A stretch of DNA of 44,497 nucleotides from Chloroflexota bacterium (GCA_021848775.1 JAJZTR010000001.1:1-44497), one strand, 5' to 3'; positions 8,924 to 19,944 are shown, counted from the stretch's first letter. The notes: generated from the sequence alone by a model not told the origin. Numbers and translations are program-made.

Positions 8924-10138
8924 TTATTGCTCAGTTGGTTGTAATTTAGCCTGGTCCGGTTCTTTGGTTTTAAAAGCCCATCGAAGTAATGGAGGTGTGA
9001 CCAGGGTGGTGATTAAAATCATTCCGACGACCGCAGAAAACACTTCCTGGGTCAGGTGTCCGCCCGCAAGACCAATAGATGCCACGATTAAACCGACCTC
9101 CCCGCGGGAGACCATGCCAATGCCTAATTGCAATGATTCGCGCCAGGTGAAATTACCCAATTTCGCTCCAAATCCGGATCCAAGAATCTTCCCGAGGATG
9201 GCAAAAATTGAGATGCCGATCATAATCCAAAGGGCATTCATGGATACATCGCGCAGGTTGATCGTCAGGCCAATGTTTACAAAGAAGATTGGAACGAAGA
9301 ATGAATAACTTAAAGCTCTCAGGCCGCTTTCCATTTGTGCTTTCTCATAGGTGCGACCAAACATTAACCCCGCGACAAATGTTCCGGTAATGGCTGCCAT
9401 TCCGCCGAGCAGTTCAGCGGATAGTCCATAAATCAGCATGATGACAAGACTGAAGGTTAAGACGCTCTGGCTGATTGGCAAGCGGCTGACAATGACACTG
9501 AGCTTTGGCAGGACCCAAAAGCCAAAGGCCGCGGACAGTCCCAGGAAGCCAACCATTTTGCCGAATACGATCAGGATCTGAATCGCGTTACCACCATCGG
9601 CAAGGGCAACATAGGAAGAAAGCAGCAGAATGACCAAAATATCATCGAAGACGGCCGCCCCCAGCAGCCCAAGCCCTACCCGGCTGCGCAGTTTTTTAAG
9701 TTCCATCAGGGTTTGAGCTGAAATACTGACACTGGTGGCGCCAAGGGTCAAACCCAGGAACATCGCATTGTCCAGGTCCATCCCGTACACTTCCCCGGCC
9801 AGAAACCCCAGTGAAACAGGAACCAGAACCCCCAAAATACCGCTATATGCAGCAACTTTGGTGTTCTTCGTCATCTCTGACAAATGTAGCTCCAGACCGG
9901 CGAGGAACATCAGCAGCAGGACCCCTAATTCTCCCAACTCGTAGATGGTTTCACCGATATGAGTATTGGTGATAAAAGGGAGATGAACGATATCCAGTAA
10001 GGATGGGCCGAGTAACAAACCGACGATTAACTCACCCAGAACGGAAGGCTGACCCAGTTTTATCGCCAGATACCCGCTTGCTTTTGCTGCTACTAGAATT
10101 ACTGCAATCAGGAAAGCCAATTGTAAAAAAGAGGACAC
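8924..10138 (-). CDS. Cation:proton antiporter (CPA2, NapA/GerN-like)
   Basis: GQPSVLGELIVG, LLMFLAGLE, ATSVSIS, AAVFDD, FVPIFFVNIG, KILGS and GMVSRGEVGL; GTG start. Confidence 0.9.
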   Translation of the reverse strand: MSSFLQLAFLIAVILVAAKASGYLAIKLGQPSVLGELIVGLLLGPSLLDIVHLPFITNTHIGETIYELGELGVLLLMFLAGLELHLSEMTKNTKVAAYSGILGVLVPVSLGFLAGEVYGMDLDNAMFLGLTLGATSVSISAQTLMELKKLRSRVGLGLLGAAVFDDILVILLLSSYVALADGGNAIQILIVFGKMVGFLGLSAAFGFWVLPKLSVIVSRLPISQSVLTFSLVIMLIYGLSAELLGGMAAITGTFVAGLMFGRTYEKAQMESGLRALSYSFFVPIFFVNIGLTINLRDVSMNALWIMIGISIFAILGKILGSGFGAKLGNFTWRESLQLGIGMVSRGEVGLIVASIGLAGGHLTQEVFSAVVGMILITTLVTPPLLRWAFKTKEPDQAKLQPTEQ

Positions 10139-10229
10139 TAAAGAACCTTTCTAGCGCATTCAATTTATGCGCACCTAGTCCCCCCTAAAACGAATCCCAA
10201 AAAATAATTTTGGTCATGCGCTTTTCAGG

Positions 10230-10255
10230 AAATATGTTCATAGTTTAACATATTT
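10230..10255. promoter_or_regulatory. AT-rich inverted repeat (Rex-like geometry) in the antiporter/mcm divergent region
   Basis: AAATATGTT-catagttt-AACATATTT; the 18-bp core ATGTTCA-TAGT-TTAACAT partly matches Rex TTGTGAA-N4-TTCACAA. Confidence 0.4.
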
Positions 10256-10418
10256 TTGTCCCTCTAAATTGGATATTAGTTCGGTTATACTCACAATGCA
10301 CGAATTCTATAAGGCAAAAGTCGGATATGCAGGTTAGTCGACAATCAACGCAGCATAAAAATTCGTGTGAATCGTGAATGTTCATCAGGGCAAACTGTGA
10401 CCTTTTGGAGCTTGATAA

Positions 10419-12068
10419 ATGAATCCTGACGCTGAACGCAAACGATGGGAGGAAGAAGTTCTTGAGCCTCTCATTTCCAAGTACCCGGAACGCCAGAAGG
10501 AATTTCTAACCACCTCTCAAATCCCATTACCGCGGGTCGGCATCCCGGTGCCGATCAATTATATGGAGCAGTTGGGTTTTCCAGGGGAATACCCTTTCAC
10601 CCGCGGTGTACAACCAACCATGTACCGCGGGCGCCTGTGGACGATGCGCCAGTATGCCGGATATGCCAGCGCTGAGGAATCCAACCAGCGTTACCGCTAC
10701 CTGTTGCAGCAGGGTCAGACCGGGCTTTCTGTTGCTTTTGACCTGGCAACGCAAATCGGGTACGACGCTGACGACCCGATGTCGATGGGGGAGGTCGGCA
10801 AGGTGGGGGTGTCGATCTCGTCATTGCGGGATATGGAATTGCTCTTTGATGAAATTCCGCTGGACAAAGTCTCCACCAGTATGACCATCAATGCGCCGGC
10901 TTCAATTCTATTGGCAATGTATATTGCGGTGGCCCGGCGTCAGGGTGTGGATGAAAAATGGCTGCGAGGCACCATTCAGAATGATGTATTGAAGGAATAC
11001 GTCGCCCGTGGAACCTACATTTTCCCACCGGTGCCTTCCATGCGGTTGATCACGGACGTTTTCAAATATTGTGAAGAAAGTGTTCCACGCTGGAACACCA
11101 TTAGCATTTCTGGTTATCACATCCGGGAAGCTGGCTCAACAGCCGTGCAGGAAGTGGCTTTCACTTTGTCGGATGCCATTGCATACGCTCAGGCCGCCAT
11201 CGATTCAGGTCTGAAGGTCGATAATTTTGCCTCGCAGCTGTCCTTCTTCTTTGCCGCCCAAAACAATTTTCTGGAAGAGGTTGCCAAATTCCGGGCTGCC
11301 CGCCGGTTGTGGGCGCAAATTATGCGAAACCGGTTTAATGCGAAGGATCCCAAGTCATGGATGCTGCGCTTCCATACCCAGACTGGCGGCTCCACTCTAA
11401 CTGCTCAACAACCCGAGAACAATGTTGTCAGGGTGGCTATCCAGGCGATGGCTGCGGTGATGGGCGGTACGCAATCTTTGCACACCAATAGCATGGACGA
11501 GGCGCTTTGGTTGCCGACTGAAAAGTCAGTTCGGGTTGCGCTGCGCACCCAGCAGATTATTGGGTTAGAGTCGGGGGTTGCCGATACGATTGATCCGTTA
11601 GCCGGATCGTATGTTATTGAACATCTGACCGATGAAATTTGCAATAGGGCGATGGAATATATTAAACGCATCGACGATATGGGTGGTGCGCTGGTCGCTA
11701 TCGAAAAAGGCTACATGCAGAGTGAAATTCAAGAATCGGCCTACCGGTACCAGCGCTCGATCGAGGAAAAACAACAGGCTGTGGTAGGGGTGAATGTTTT
11801 CCAGGTTGATGAAAAGATGGAGTTGGAAGCGCTGCGCGTTGATCCTACCATCGAGGAAAATCAACGGGCACGTTTGAAGATCTTGCGGGAACAGCGTGAT
11901 AATCAACGTGCAAACGAGTTGTTAGGTCAGCTTGAAACAACTGCGCGCAGCAACGAAAACCTGATGCCTTTGTTCATCACCTGTGTTGAGAACGCCCTTA
12001 CTCTGGGTGAGATCTGTGGTGTCCTGCGCCAGGTGTGGGGTGAATATCAGCCGCCGGTATGGATTTGA
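10419..12068 (+). CDS. Methylmalonyl-CoA mutase, large (substrate-binding) subunit
   Basis: [51 protein letters not shown] and [15 protein letters not shown]; no DxHxxG B12-binding domain. Confidence 0.93.
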   Translation: MNPDAERKRWEEEVLEPLISKYPERQKEFLTTSQIPLPRVGIPVPINYMEQLGFPGEYPFTRGVQPTMYRGRLWTMRQYAGYASAEESNQRYRYLLQQGQTGLSVAFDLATQIGYDADDPMSMGEVGKVGVSISSLRDMELLFDEIPLDKVSTSMTINAPASILLAMYIAVARRQGVDEKWLRGTIQNDVLKEYVARGTYIFPPVPSMRLITDVFKYCEESVPRWNTISISGYHIREAGSTAVQEVAFTLSDAIAYAQAAIDSGLKVDNFASQLSFFFAAQNNFLEEVAKFRAARRLWAQIMRNRFNAKDPKSWMLRFHTQTGGSTLTAQQPENNVVRVAIQAMAAVMGGTQSLHTNSMDEALWLPTEKSVRVALRTQQIIGLESGVADTIDPLAGSYVIEHLTDEICNRAMEYIKRIDDMGGALVAIEKGYMQSEIQESAYRYQRSIEEKQQAVVGVNVFQVDEKMELEALRVDPTIEENQRARLKILREQRDNQRANELLGQLETTARSNENLMPLFITCVENALTLGEICGVLRQVWGEYQPPVWI

Positions 12069-12098
12069 TTTTCAATACGATCAATTACAGGGAGAAAA

Positions 12099-12506
12099 AT
12101 GGCACACATAAAAAAGATCAATCATGTCGCTATCGCGGTTCCAGATATTGACTCGTCTTTGACGTTCTGGCGCGATGCAATGGGTCTGAAGGTGGACCAT
12201 ATTGAGGAAGTTCCCAGCCAAAAATCGACCGTCGTATTCATTCCGGTGGGTGAGTCGGAAGTAGAACTGGTAAGACCCACCAGCGAGGATACCGGTGTCG
12301 CCAAATTCATCGCTGAAAAAGGCGGGGGTATGCATCACCTGTGTTTCGAGGTCGACGACATCGACGCTATGCTGGCAGATCTCAAAGAAAAAGGGGTGCG
12401 ATTGATTAACGAGACCGCTCTTGAACTGCCAGGCCGGAAAATGGCATTCGTCCACCCCAAAAGCACCGGGGGTGTTCTGGTCGAGCTGTACCAGATCGCT
12501 AATTAA
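12099..12506 (+). CDS. mce: Methylmalonyl-CoA epimerase (VOC family)
   Basis: INHVAIAV, VELV, GGGMHHLCFEVDD and AFVHPKSTGGVLVEL; adjacent to the mutase. Confidence 0.93.
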   Translation: MAHIKKINHVAIAVPDIDSSLTFWRDAMGLKVDHIEEVPSQKSTVVFIPVGESEVELVRPTSEDTGVAKFIAEKGGGMHHLCFEVDDIDAMLADLKEKGVRLINETALELPGRKMAFVHPKSTGGVLVELYQIAN

Positions 12507-12513
12507 ATTCCGG

Positions 12514-13842
12514 TCACGCCGCAGTCGATTGGGTTATCATCCGGGCTTCATCTTCCTCAGCCGCCTGGATACCACGCTCTACATTAACGCGGGTCAGGAT
12601 ATAGCCACCGACCGCAAAGAAGATGATGAGCGAGACGATACTTAAGCGGCTCTCACCCATCAGGGTGGCGACTATGCCAAACAGAAGTGGTCCGGCGACA
12701 TTTGCAAATTTTTCGAAAACGCTGAAGAAACCGTAAAACTCAGCAGATTTGCTCTTTGGCATCAACTTGCCCATCAACGACCGGCTCAAAGCCTGACTGC
12801 CGCCTTGCACCGTGGCAACCATGGCTCCAAGCACCCAGAATTGCCATTCATATTGCAGGAAATACCCTAAAATCGAAATCAAGGCGTAAACGCCTAATGC
12901 CAGATAGATGGAATTTTTGGTGCCAATTTTCCGTGCCAGCCAGCCGAACAAGATCGCAAACGGAGCCGCCAGGAACTGCACCATCAACAGCGTACCAATC
13001 AGGGTGGTCTGTCCCAAACCGATCTCCGCACCATAAACGGTCGCCATGGTGATGATGGTGCCGATACCATTGGCATAAATCCAGAACGCCAGCAGGAACG
13101 TCGCCAGATCGCGGTAATGGCGGATATCCTTAAAGGTGTTTACCAGGCGCGAGAAACTGGCTTGCAAGGGTTTGAAATTCTCTTCACCTGGTAAAATGCG
13201 CCGTGGAGGTTCAGACACGTGTCTTAATAAAGGCAGGGTAAAAATGAACCACCAGGCTGCGACGGTTACAAAGGTTAACCGGGTCATGACTCCTGTAATT
13301 TCACCTTGCTGCTCGACCGGATACAAGGTGGGAACGAATAGAATCATTGCCAGGTTAATAGCCAGCAGGATTCCGCCGCCAATGTAGCCCATGGCATATC
13401 CGCGCGAAGAGACCTGGTCAATTTCATCCGGGCGAGCCACATGCGGCAGCAAGGCATCGTAATAGACCAGGCTGCCGGCAAATCCGATTTGCCCGAATAC
13501 AAAGAAGAGGGACGCCAGCAGATAATCGCCTGTGCGCACCAGGTAAAGCAGAGCGGTAGCCGTGACTCCGATTACCATGAAAAGCGTGAGGAACTTCTTT
13601 TTGGAACCACGGAAGTCTGCAACCGCCCCGAGAATCGGGCTGATGAGTGCAGCAATCAACGCTGCAAACGCGGTGGTGTAACCCCAGTACGCGGTCGCAA
13701 TATTCGGTGCCAGATGCGATGCCGCAACGGTGCTGTAATAAACTGGCAATACAGCTGCCATGATCGTGGTGGCAAAGGCTGAATTGCCCCAATCGTACAT
13801 GGTCCAGGCGCGAATCGCTTTTTTGTGAAGTCGTTCGTCCAT
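12514..13842 (-). CDS. MFS transporter (UMF1/ATG22-like)
   Basis: AWTMYDWGNSAFATT, SPILGAVAD, YYDALLP and GGSQALSRSL...EFYGFF; about 12 TM. Confidence 0.88.
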   Translation of the reverse strand: MDERLHKKAIRAWTMYDWGNSAFATTIMAAVLPVYYSTVAASHLAPNIATAYWGYTTAFAALIAALISPILGAVADFRGSKKKFLTLFMVIGVTATALLYLVRTGDYLLASLFFVFGQIGFAGSLVYYDALLPHVARPDEIDQVSSRGYAMGYIGGGILLAINLAMILFVPTLYPVEQQGEITGVMTRLTFVTVAAWWFIFTLPLLRHVSEPPRRILPGEENFKPLQASFSRLVNTFKDIRHYRDLATFLLAFWIYANGIGTIITMATVYGAEIGLGQTTLIGTLLMVQFLAAPFAILFGWLARKIGTKNSIYLALGVYALISILGYFLQYEWQFWVLGAMVATVQGGSQALSRSLMGKLMPKSKSAEFYGFFSVFEKFANVAGPLLFGIVATLMGESRLSIVSLIIFFAVGGYILTRVNVERGIQAAEEDEARMITQSTAA

Positions 13843-14253
13843 GAGGAGTTTCCTGTTCGATACCGAGATATCTTGCTTTCCATGATTATATATGCACCGT
13901 ATAAATCGGGATCAAAACTACCTGCCCAAAATAGTGTGAAATATAGTCATTAATTCTTAGCTGGATGGAATTCAACCTGGGTTCCTTTTTGTTGCTGCGC
14001 AAATATTGCCAGGTGGAAACGCTGTCGAAGACTTAAGTAGAAATTGGCTCTAGCGGTGGTTAATTTGCTGCTTCAAGGCTCTCACAGGTAGGTTGTCTAT
14101 CTCCAATTAAGTTCTGCCTGGTAAATTCGTTTCACATTAGATCCATATGGTCAGAATAATGACTCCAAAAAGGTGTAAACGGAGCTGTTTTTTTGCTCCT
14201 GGATTAACCGGATGCAAGTAGAGTAAAATTAAATGTTGGAAAAACAACATTCA

Positions 14254-14265
14254 GAACGAGTGTTC
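14254..14265. promoter_or_regulatory. LexA SOS box (GAAC-N4-GTTC) upstream of uvrA
   Basis: GAACgagtGTTC overlaps the expected -35 of the promoter whose -10 TATAAT is at 14285-14290; a degenerate second box GAAAataaATTC lies at 14293-14304. Confidence 0.75.
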
Positions 14266-14326
14266 CATTCTGGCTCGAAAGCGATATAATTAGAAAATAA
14301 ATTCGAATAACAGATTCGGGGTTGGT

Positions 14327-17233
14327 ATGTCTCAAAATATTATTCGGGTGGTTGGCGCCCGTGAACACAACCTAAAAAACATCACGGTCGATATTCCGCG
14401 CGACCAGCTGGTTGTCATTACCGGATTATCCGGTTCTGGTAAAAGCTCGCTGGCATTCGACACAATCTTCGCCGAAGGTCAACGGCGCTACGTTGAATCA
14501 CTCTCGGCTTATGCCCGTCAATTTCTGGGGCAGATGGAAAAGCCGGATGTGGATTCGATCGACGGTTTGTCACCTGCGGTATCCATCGACCAGAAGGCGA
14601 CCTCGCGCAACCCTCGCTCGACGGTGGGCACCGTGACCGAGGTGTACGATTATCTGCGTCTATTGTTCGCGCGGATTGGGGTTCCACACTGCCCGATTTG
14701 TGGAATGGAGGTTGTGCGGCAATCAGCGCAGGAAATCGTCGAGATCCTGGAGAATAAACCAGCCGGGTCTAAATTGCTTATTCTGGCGCCCATTGTGCGC
14801 GGGCGTAAAGGGACCTACCAGGCGGTTTTCGATGAAATCCGTAAAACGGGTTTTGTGCGGGTACGCGCGGATGGGATGGTCTACTCACTCGACGAAGAGA
14901 TTACACTCGACCGTTATAAAATCCATAACATCGAGGCGGTGGTAGACCGTTTGTTTCTCAATCAAAACGAGAGTGCTGAGGATGAACGCGCCTCGCGCAC
15001 CCGGCTGACAGATTCAGTCGAGACCGCGTTGAAGGTCGGTGAGGGTTATTTGATCGTTCAGGATGTGACCCAGGACCCGCCGGTGGATTATTTTTATTCC
15101 GAGCACTTAGCCTGCCCCGTCCATGGAATTAGTTTACCCGAGATCGAGCCGCGCACCTTCTCGTTCAACACACCCCAGGGAGCCTGCCCTGACTGCCAGG
15201 GATTGGGCAGCAAACTCGAGATCGACCCCGACCTGCTTATTCCAGACAAAGACCGCTCATTTAATGACGGCGCCATCGTGGCGCTTGAGTGGAGCGGTGC
15301 GCGAGGTGAAGAATCCCGCTATTACTGGCAAATGATCAAAAATGTGGCAGCAAAATACCATATCAATTTAGATACCCCAATCAGTTCGCTCGACCCGGAT
15401 AAGGTACAAAAGATCTTGTATGGCACCGGCTCTGAAGAGGTAAAAATGTACCTTGAAGGGCAGGACCGCCACGCGACTTACACCACATCTTTTGAGGGGG
15501 TTATCCCCAACCTGGAACGGCGTTACCGGGAGACCAATTCGGAATATATTCGCAATAAGATCACTGAGTTCATGAACAACCGACCTTGCCCGACCTGCCA
15601 GGGAAAACGGCTGAGGCCTGAAGCACTGGCTGTGACAGTCGATGACCACAACATTATTGAGGTCACCGATTGGCCGGTCGTGCGCGCTTTAGACTGGGTG
15701 CGCCGGCTGGCAGGTGAAGATTCTCCACTCAGTTCACGCAACCTGACCATTGGCGGACGAATCTTCAAAGAAATTATCGCCCGTCTCGGTTTTTTGGTGG
15801 ATGTTGGGTTGGATTATCTGACCCTGCGGCGTTCAGCGGCATCTCTGTCTGGCGGTGAAGCGCAGCGCATCCGGCTGGCAACCCAGATCGGCTCGCGCCT
15901 GATGGGTGTGCTGTATGTGCTCGACGAACCATCGATCGGGCTCCATCCGCGAGACAACACCCGCCTGTTGGCTACCTTGAAGGGCTTGCGCGACCTGGGC
16001 AATACCGTGCTGGTAGTTGAGCACGATGAAGAGACCATCCGCGAAGCCGATTGGATCATTGACCTCGGGCCGGGTGCAGGTGAGCACGGTGGGTATGTGG
16101 TTGCAGAAGGCACCCCGCAACAAATTTACGATCATCCCAAGTCCCTGACTGGAGCCTATTTATCCGGACGGATGAAAGTACCCATTCCTGAAAAACGGCG
16201 CAATGGAAATGGAAAATCGCTGCGGGTAGTGGGAGCCAGGGCGAACAACCTGAAGGACCTGGATGTCAGTATCCCACTGGGTAAGCTGGTATGCATCACC
16301 GGCGTATCCGGATCCGGAAAATCGACCTTAATGGTAGATGTGTTGTACAACGCGCTGGCACGCGATTTGAACGGTGCCCACACCTACCCGGGTGATTACG
16401 AACGCATCGAGGGAATCGAACTGCTCGATAAAATCATCAATATCGACCAGTCCCCCATAGGCCGGACACCGCGTTCGAATCCCGGCACGTATACCGGAAT
16501 GTTCGATGAAATCCGGAAGCTGTTTGCTGAACTCCCCGAGAGCAAAATTCGCGGGTACAAGGCCGGCCGGTTTTCATTCAATGTTCACGGCGGGCGCTGT
16601 GAAGCCTGTCAGGGACAGGGGCAGCTGCGGATTGAAATGCAGTTCCTGCCAGATATCTACGTGCTTTGTGACGTGTGCCATGGTGCGCGTTTTAACCGCG
16701 AAACACTTCAGGTTCATTTCAAGGGCAAGAGCATTGCGGACGTTCTGGATACCACGGTCAGTAAAGGTCTGGAAATCTTCGCTGCTTTCCCGTCAATCGT
16801 CAATAAATTGAAGACCTTGAATGATGTTGGACTGGGATATATCAAAATTGGACAGTCGGCAACCACCCTTTCCGGCGGTGAAGCGCAGCGTGTCAAACTT
16901 GGCCGGGAGTTGTCAAAACGGGCCACAGGGCGGACTTTGTATGTTCTGGATGAGCCTTCGGTGGGGCTGCACGCGGCTGATGTACATAAGTTGATCGAAG
17001 TGCTGCAGCGTCTGGTGGACGCCGGAAATTCCGTCATTATCATCGAGCATAACCTTGACATCATCAAGGTGGCCGATCACATCATCGATCTCGGCCCGGA
17101 TGGTGGTGACCGCGGCGGGTTGTTGGTGGCAGCCGGTTCCCCTGAGGACATTTGCAGTAATCAAGATTCATATACGGGGCAGTTCCTTAAACAATATGTG
17201 CACGAACATCATTTATTGAAATGCAAATCGTAA
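14327..17233 (+). CDS. uvrA: Excinuclease ABC subunit A
   Basis: [10 protein letters not shown], two Walker A motifs ([16 protein letters not shown]), two LSGGEAQR signatures and zinc-finger CxxC motifs. Confidence 0.98.
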   Translation: MSQNIIRVVGAREHNLKNITVDIPRDQLVVITGLSGSGKSSLAFDTIFAEGQRRYVESLSAYARQFLGQMEKPDVDSIDGLSPAVSIDQKATSRNPRSTVGTVTEVYDYLRLLFARIGVPHCPICGMEVVRQSAQEIVEILENKPAGSKLLILAPIVRGRKGTYQAVFDEIRKTGFVRVRADGMVYSLDEEITLDRYKIHNIEAVVDRLFLNQNESAEDERASRTRLTDSVETALKVGEGYLIVQDVTQDPPVDYFYSEHLACPVHGISLPEIEPRTFSFNTPQGACPDCQGLGSKLEIDPDLLIPDKDRSFNDGAIVALEWSGARGEESRYYWQMIKNVAAKYHINLDTPISSLDPDKVQKILYGTGSEEVKMYLEGQDRHATYTTSFEGVIPNLERRYRETNSEYIRNKITEFMNNRPCPTCQGKRLRPEALAVTVDDHNIIEVTDWPVVRALDWVRRLAGEDSPLSSRNLTIGGRIFKEIIARLGFLVDVGLDYLTLRRSAASLSGGEAQRIRLATQIGSRLMGVLYVLDEPSIGLHPRDNTRLLATLKGLRDLGNTVLVVEHDEETIREADWIIDLGPGAGEHGGYVVAEGTPQQIYDHPKSLTGAYLSGRMKVPIPEKRRNGNGKSLRVVGARANNLKDLDVSIPLGKLVCITGVSGSGKSTLMVDVLYNALARDLNGAHTYPGDYERIEGIELLDKIINIDQSPIGRTPRSNPGTYTGMFDEIRKLFAELPESKIRGYKAGRFSFNVHGGRCEACQGQGQLRIEMQFLPDIYVLCDVCHGARFNRETLQVHFKGKSIADVLDTTVSKGLEIFAAFPSIVNKLKTLNDVGLGYIKIGQSATTLSGGEAQRVKLGRELSKRATGRTLYVLDEPSVGLHAADVHKLIEVLQRLVDAGNSVIIIEHNLDIIKVADHIIDLGPDGGDRGGLLVAAGSPEDICSNQDSYTGQFLKQYVHEHHLLKCKS

Positions 17234-17321
17234 GCGTTTAATTAACTTAACCTGGATAAAGCCGTGACTTTAATCCGGGCCGATCAACCATTCTGAGCAA
17301 TATCCTGGATCAATGAACGAA

Positions 17322-17355
17322 AAAAATGCGCACCGGAAATTCGGTGCGCATTTTT
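17322..17355. terminator. Bidirectional intrinsic terminator between uvrA and ugd
   Basis: AAAAATGCGCACCG-gaaatt-CGGTGCGCATTTTT. Confidence 0.85.
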
Positions 17356-17379
17356 AGAATGCATCCATATACCGTTGGG

Positions 17380-18696
17380 TTACTCGTACAGTTTATTGTT
17401 GGGACGACCGATGCCAAAATAGGTGAATCCCATCTCCCGCATACGGTCCGGGTCCCAAAGATTTCTGCCATCCAGGATGACCTTTCCGCGCATGAGTTGG
17501 GCGATGCGTTCGAAGTCGAGTTGTTTGAATTCGTTCCATTCTGTCGCCAACACCAGAGCGTCAGCATTTTGAGCTACTTCATACGGCGAATTACAAAAGC
17601 GAATGTTTGGTAGAGAGCCCTTCGCATTTTCCATCGCCTGAGGATCATAGCTTTGAACAATCGCACCTTCGTTTTCGAGCAAATGGATCAACTCAATCGC
17701 CGGGGCTTCGCGGATGTCATCGGTATTGGGCTTGAACGACAGACCCAGAACACCAATCACTTTTTCATTCAGACTGCCCAGTTCTTTACGCAATCGCAGC
17801 AACGCTCGCCGGCGCTGGTTGCGGTTGATTTCCATCACGGCTTGCAGCAACTGCGGGTTCGACCCGTGAATCACCGCCATATGCGCCAGCGCCTTTACAT
17901 CTTTAGGGAAACAGGAGCCGCCCCAGCCCAATCCAGCATCCAGGAAAGCACGTCCGATTCGTTTGTCCATGCCCATCCCTTGAGCTACCTGACTAACATC
18001 CGCTCCAAGTTCCTCGCAGATGGTTGCGATTTCATTAATAAACGAGATGCGCGTAGCCAGAAACGCGTTGGAGGCATATTTGATCATTTCAGCAGTGCGT
18101 AAATCCGTGATCATAATCGGGCAGCGCAGGCTGTCGTACAAATGAGAGACCCGGACAGCCGCATCCTGGTCGAGCGATCCTAAAATCACTCGATCCGGCG
18201 ACATGAAATCATTGATGGCTGACCCTTCACGCAGAAATTCAGGGTTGGAAACTACTGAAAAATCGAGTGGTTTCCCGGCGCGCCGCTTCGCGATTATGTC
18301 CGCCACCCAGTCGCCGGTTCCAACCGGCACCGTTGATTTATTCACAACAATTATGGGAGAATTGACCAGGTCCGCGATCGTTTCAGCTGCCATGCGGACA
18401 TATTGCAGGTCAGCTTCCCCTTCACCGCCGGAAGGCGTTCCCACCGCGATAAAGGCAAATTCAGCCCCGTCCAGCGCTTCGGCGATTTCCGTGGTGAAGG
18501 ACAAACGGCCGGATTTTACATTTTGCGCCACCAACTGCTCGAGACCGGGCTCGTAAATCGGCATGATGCCATTTTTAAGCCCGTCGATGCGGCTTTGATC
18601 GATATCCATCAAATGGACTTCGCTGCCCAGATCGGCAAAACAAGCCCCTGTAACCAGTCCTACATAACCTGTCCCTATCACACACAATTTACTCAT
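17380..18696 (-). CDS. ugd: UDP-glucose/GDP-mannose 6-dehydrogenase
   Basis: [25 protein letters not shown], catalytic GGSCFPKD and [10 protein letters not shown]. Confidence 0.93.
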   Translation of the reverse strand: MSKLCVIGTGYVGLVTGACFADLGSEVHLMDIDQSRIDGLKNGIMPIYEPGLEQLVAQNVKSGRLSFTTEIAEALDGAEFAFIAVGTPSGGEGEADLQYVRMAAETIADLVNSPIIVVNKSTVPVGTGDWVADIIAKRRAGKPLDFSVVSNPEFLREGSAINDFMSPDRVILGSLDQDAAVRVSHLYDSLRCPIMITDLRTAEMIKYASNAFLATRISFINEIATICEELGADVSQVAQGMGMDKRIGRAFLDAGLGWGGSCFPKDVKALAHMAVIHGSNPQLLQAVMEINRNQRRRALLRLRKELGSLNEKVIGVLGLSFKPNTDDIREAPAIELIHLLENEGAIVQSYDPQAMENAKGSLPNIRFCNSPYEVAQNADALVLATEWNEFKQLDFERIAQLMRGKVILDGRNLWDPDRMREMGFTYFGIGRPNNKLYE

Positions 18697-18846
18697 ATCG
18701 GAATAACCCTCCCAACCAAGAAATTATAGCTTATTAACGTTTGGTCCAATTACAGGATTCCCTTAGGAAAACCTTAAAATTCTATCTCTTCTTCCAAAGG
18801 ATTAATGAAAATTATCCCAAATCACGAGTATAATTTTTTCAGATCA

Positions 18847-18863
18847 GTTGTCAGATAATTGAC
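18847..18863. promoter_or_regulatory. Candidate operator upstream of folD (GTTGTCAGATAATTGAC)
   Basis: 15/17 identical to 19820-19836; lies just downstream of TATAAT at 18829-18834. Confidence 0.55.
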
Positions 18864-18928
18864 CCGCTGGTCGTAGCGTGACCGCAGTTATACCCCAGAA
18901 AACAAAAAAATTAACAAGGGAGTGGAAA

Positions 18929-19807
18929 ATGACCGCTGAATTAATTGATGGCAAAGCTATTGCTGAAGAGGTTCGTATGGAGGTGAAGACCAGGGTGGAA
19001 GCACGGATTGCTGCAGGAAAATCCGTTCCTGGGTTGGCGACTGTTCTCGTGGGGGACAACCCTGCATCCCAGGTTTATGTCCGATCCAAGCGAAAAGCGT
19101 GCGAAGAGGCAGGCATCCATTCTGTCGGGGTTGAGTTACCCGCCACCGCAACCCAGGACGAGGTGGAAGGCGTGGTGCGCGAGCTCAACCAGGATAGCAG
19201 CATCAATGGCATTCTGGTTCAATTACCGCTGCCATCCCATTTGAATGAGGAAGCTGTCCTGAATACCATCAGCCTGCATAAGGATGTCGACGGTTTCCAT
19301 CCGGTGAATATCGGCCGCCTGGCGCAAAAAGGCCGCGAGCCTGCTTTTGTGCCTTGCACCCCCGCGGGCTGCATTTATCTGCTTGAAAAAACCCTGCCCA
19401 CGCTGCGCGGCGTGAACGCGGTCGTGCTTGGGCGTTCAAACATTGTGGGTATGCCGGTAGCTCTGCTGTTGGTGCGCGCAGACGCGACCGTTACCATTTG
19501 TCACTCCAGATCCAAAGATTTGCCTGCGATCGTCCGCGAAGCCGATGTGCTGGTGGCAGCGGTGGGGCGGGCGGAAATGGTGCGCGGTGACTGGGTCAAA
19601 CCGGGCGCGGTCGTGATCGATGTTGGCATTAATCGCGTAGAGGACGCGACGAAGAAAAGCGGTTACCGTTTGGTTGGTGATGTCGCATTTGATGAGGTCA
19701 AAGAGGTCGCAGGTCACATAACTCCCGTGCCGGGTGGTGTCGGCCCGATGACCATAGCCATGCTGTTACAGAACACCCTGCGGGGTGCCGAATTGTCAGA
19801 AAAATAG
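18929..19807 (+). CDS. folD: Methylene-THF dehydrogenase/methenyl-THF cyclohydrolase
   Basis: IDGKAIA, YVRSK, GILVQLPLP, KDVDGFHP, PCTP, GRSNIVG and ITPVPGGVGPMT; ATG at 18929 after SD AAGGGAG. Confidence 0.96.
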   Translation: MTAELIDGKAIAEEVRMEVKTRVEARIAAGKSVPGLATVLVGDNPASQVYVRSKRKACEEAGIHSVGVELPATATQDEVEGVVRELNQDSSINGILVQLPLPSHLNEEAVLNTISLHKDVDGFHPVNIGRLAQKGREPAFVPCTPAGCIYLLEKTLPTLRGVNAVVLGRSNIVGMPVALLLVRADATVTICHSRSKDLPAIVREADVLVAAVGRAEMVRGDWVKPGAVVIDVGINRVEDATKKSGYRLVGDVAFDEVKEVAGHITPVPGGVGPMTIAMLLQNTLRGAELSEK

Positions 19808-19819
19808 TGACATTTACAC

Positions 19820-19859
19820 GTTGTCTGACAATTGACTTTTTTCACAAAAGGTTTAAAAT
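19820..19859 (+). promoter_or_regulatory. Palindromic operator TTGTCTGACAA abutting a sigma70-type promoter of the purine operon
   Basis: Perfect palindrome at 19821-19831; -35 TTGACT at 19832-19837; -10 TAAAAT at 19854-19859 (16-nt spacer). Confidence 0.65.
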
Positions 19860-19944
19860 CAACTGAAACCTTTCGACAGCCAGTTATTTTTGACCGTACT
19901 CTGTTGGTTGTCATTTCCAATTTTTCCAAAAAACCTGGCAGTTC

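Noticed and set aside
13843-14230. Small RNA or small ORF in the long MFS-uvrA intergenic region (hairpin plus T5 at 13967-13990)
   Set aside because: The stem is weak and G-U-rich, the minus-strand ORFs I checked are very short, and no RNA family was recognised.
18835-18928. ZTP or THF riboswitch upstream of folD
   Set aside because: I could not find the conserved ZTP (GACUGGCG...CGCCUGGG) or THF elements, and the leader is short.
19830-19847. Rex site over the purine operon -35 (right half TTCACAA)
   Set aside because: Only one half-site matches well; the left half is better explained by the -35 and the GntR-type palindrome.
19860-19944. Purine riboswitch before the deaminases (23947-24104 and 27153-27374 also checked)
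   Set aside because: No UAUAAU...GGUUUCUACC-type three-way-junction consensus was seen.
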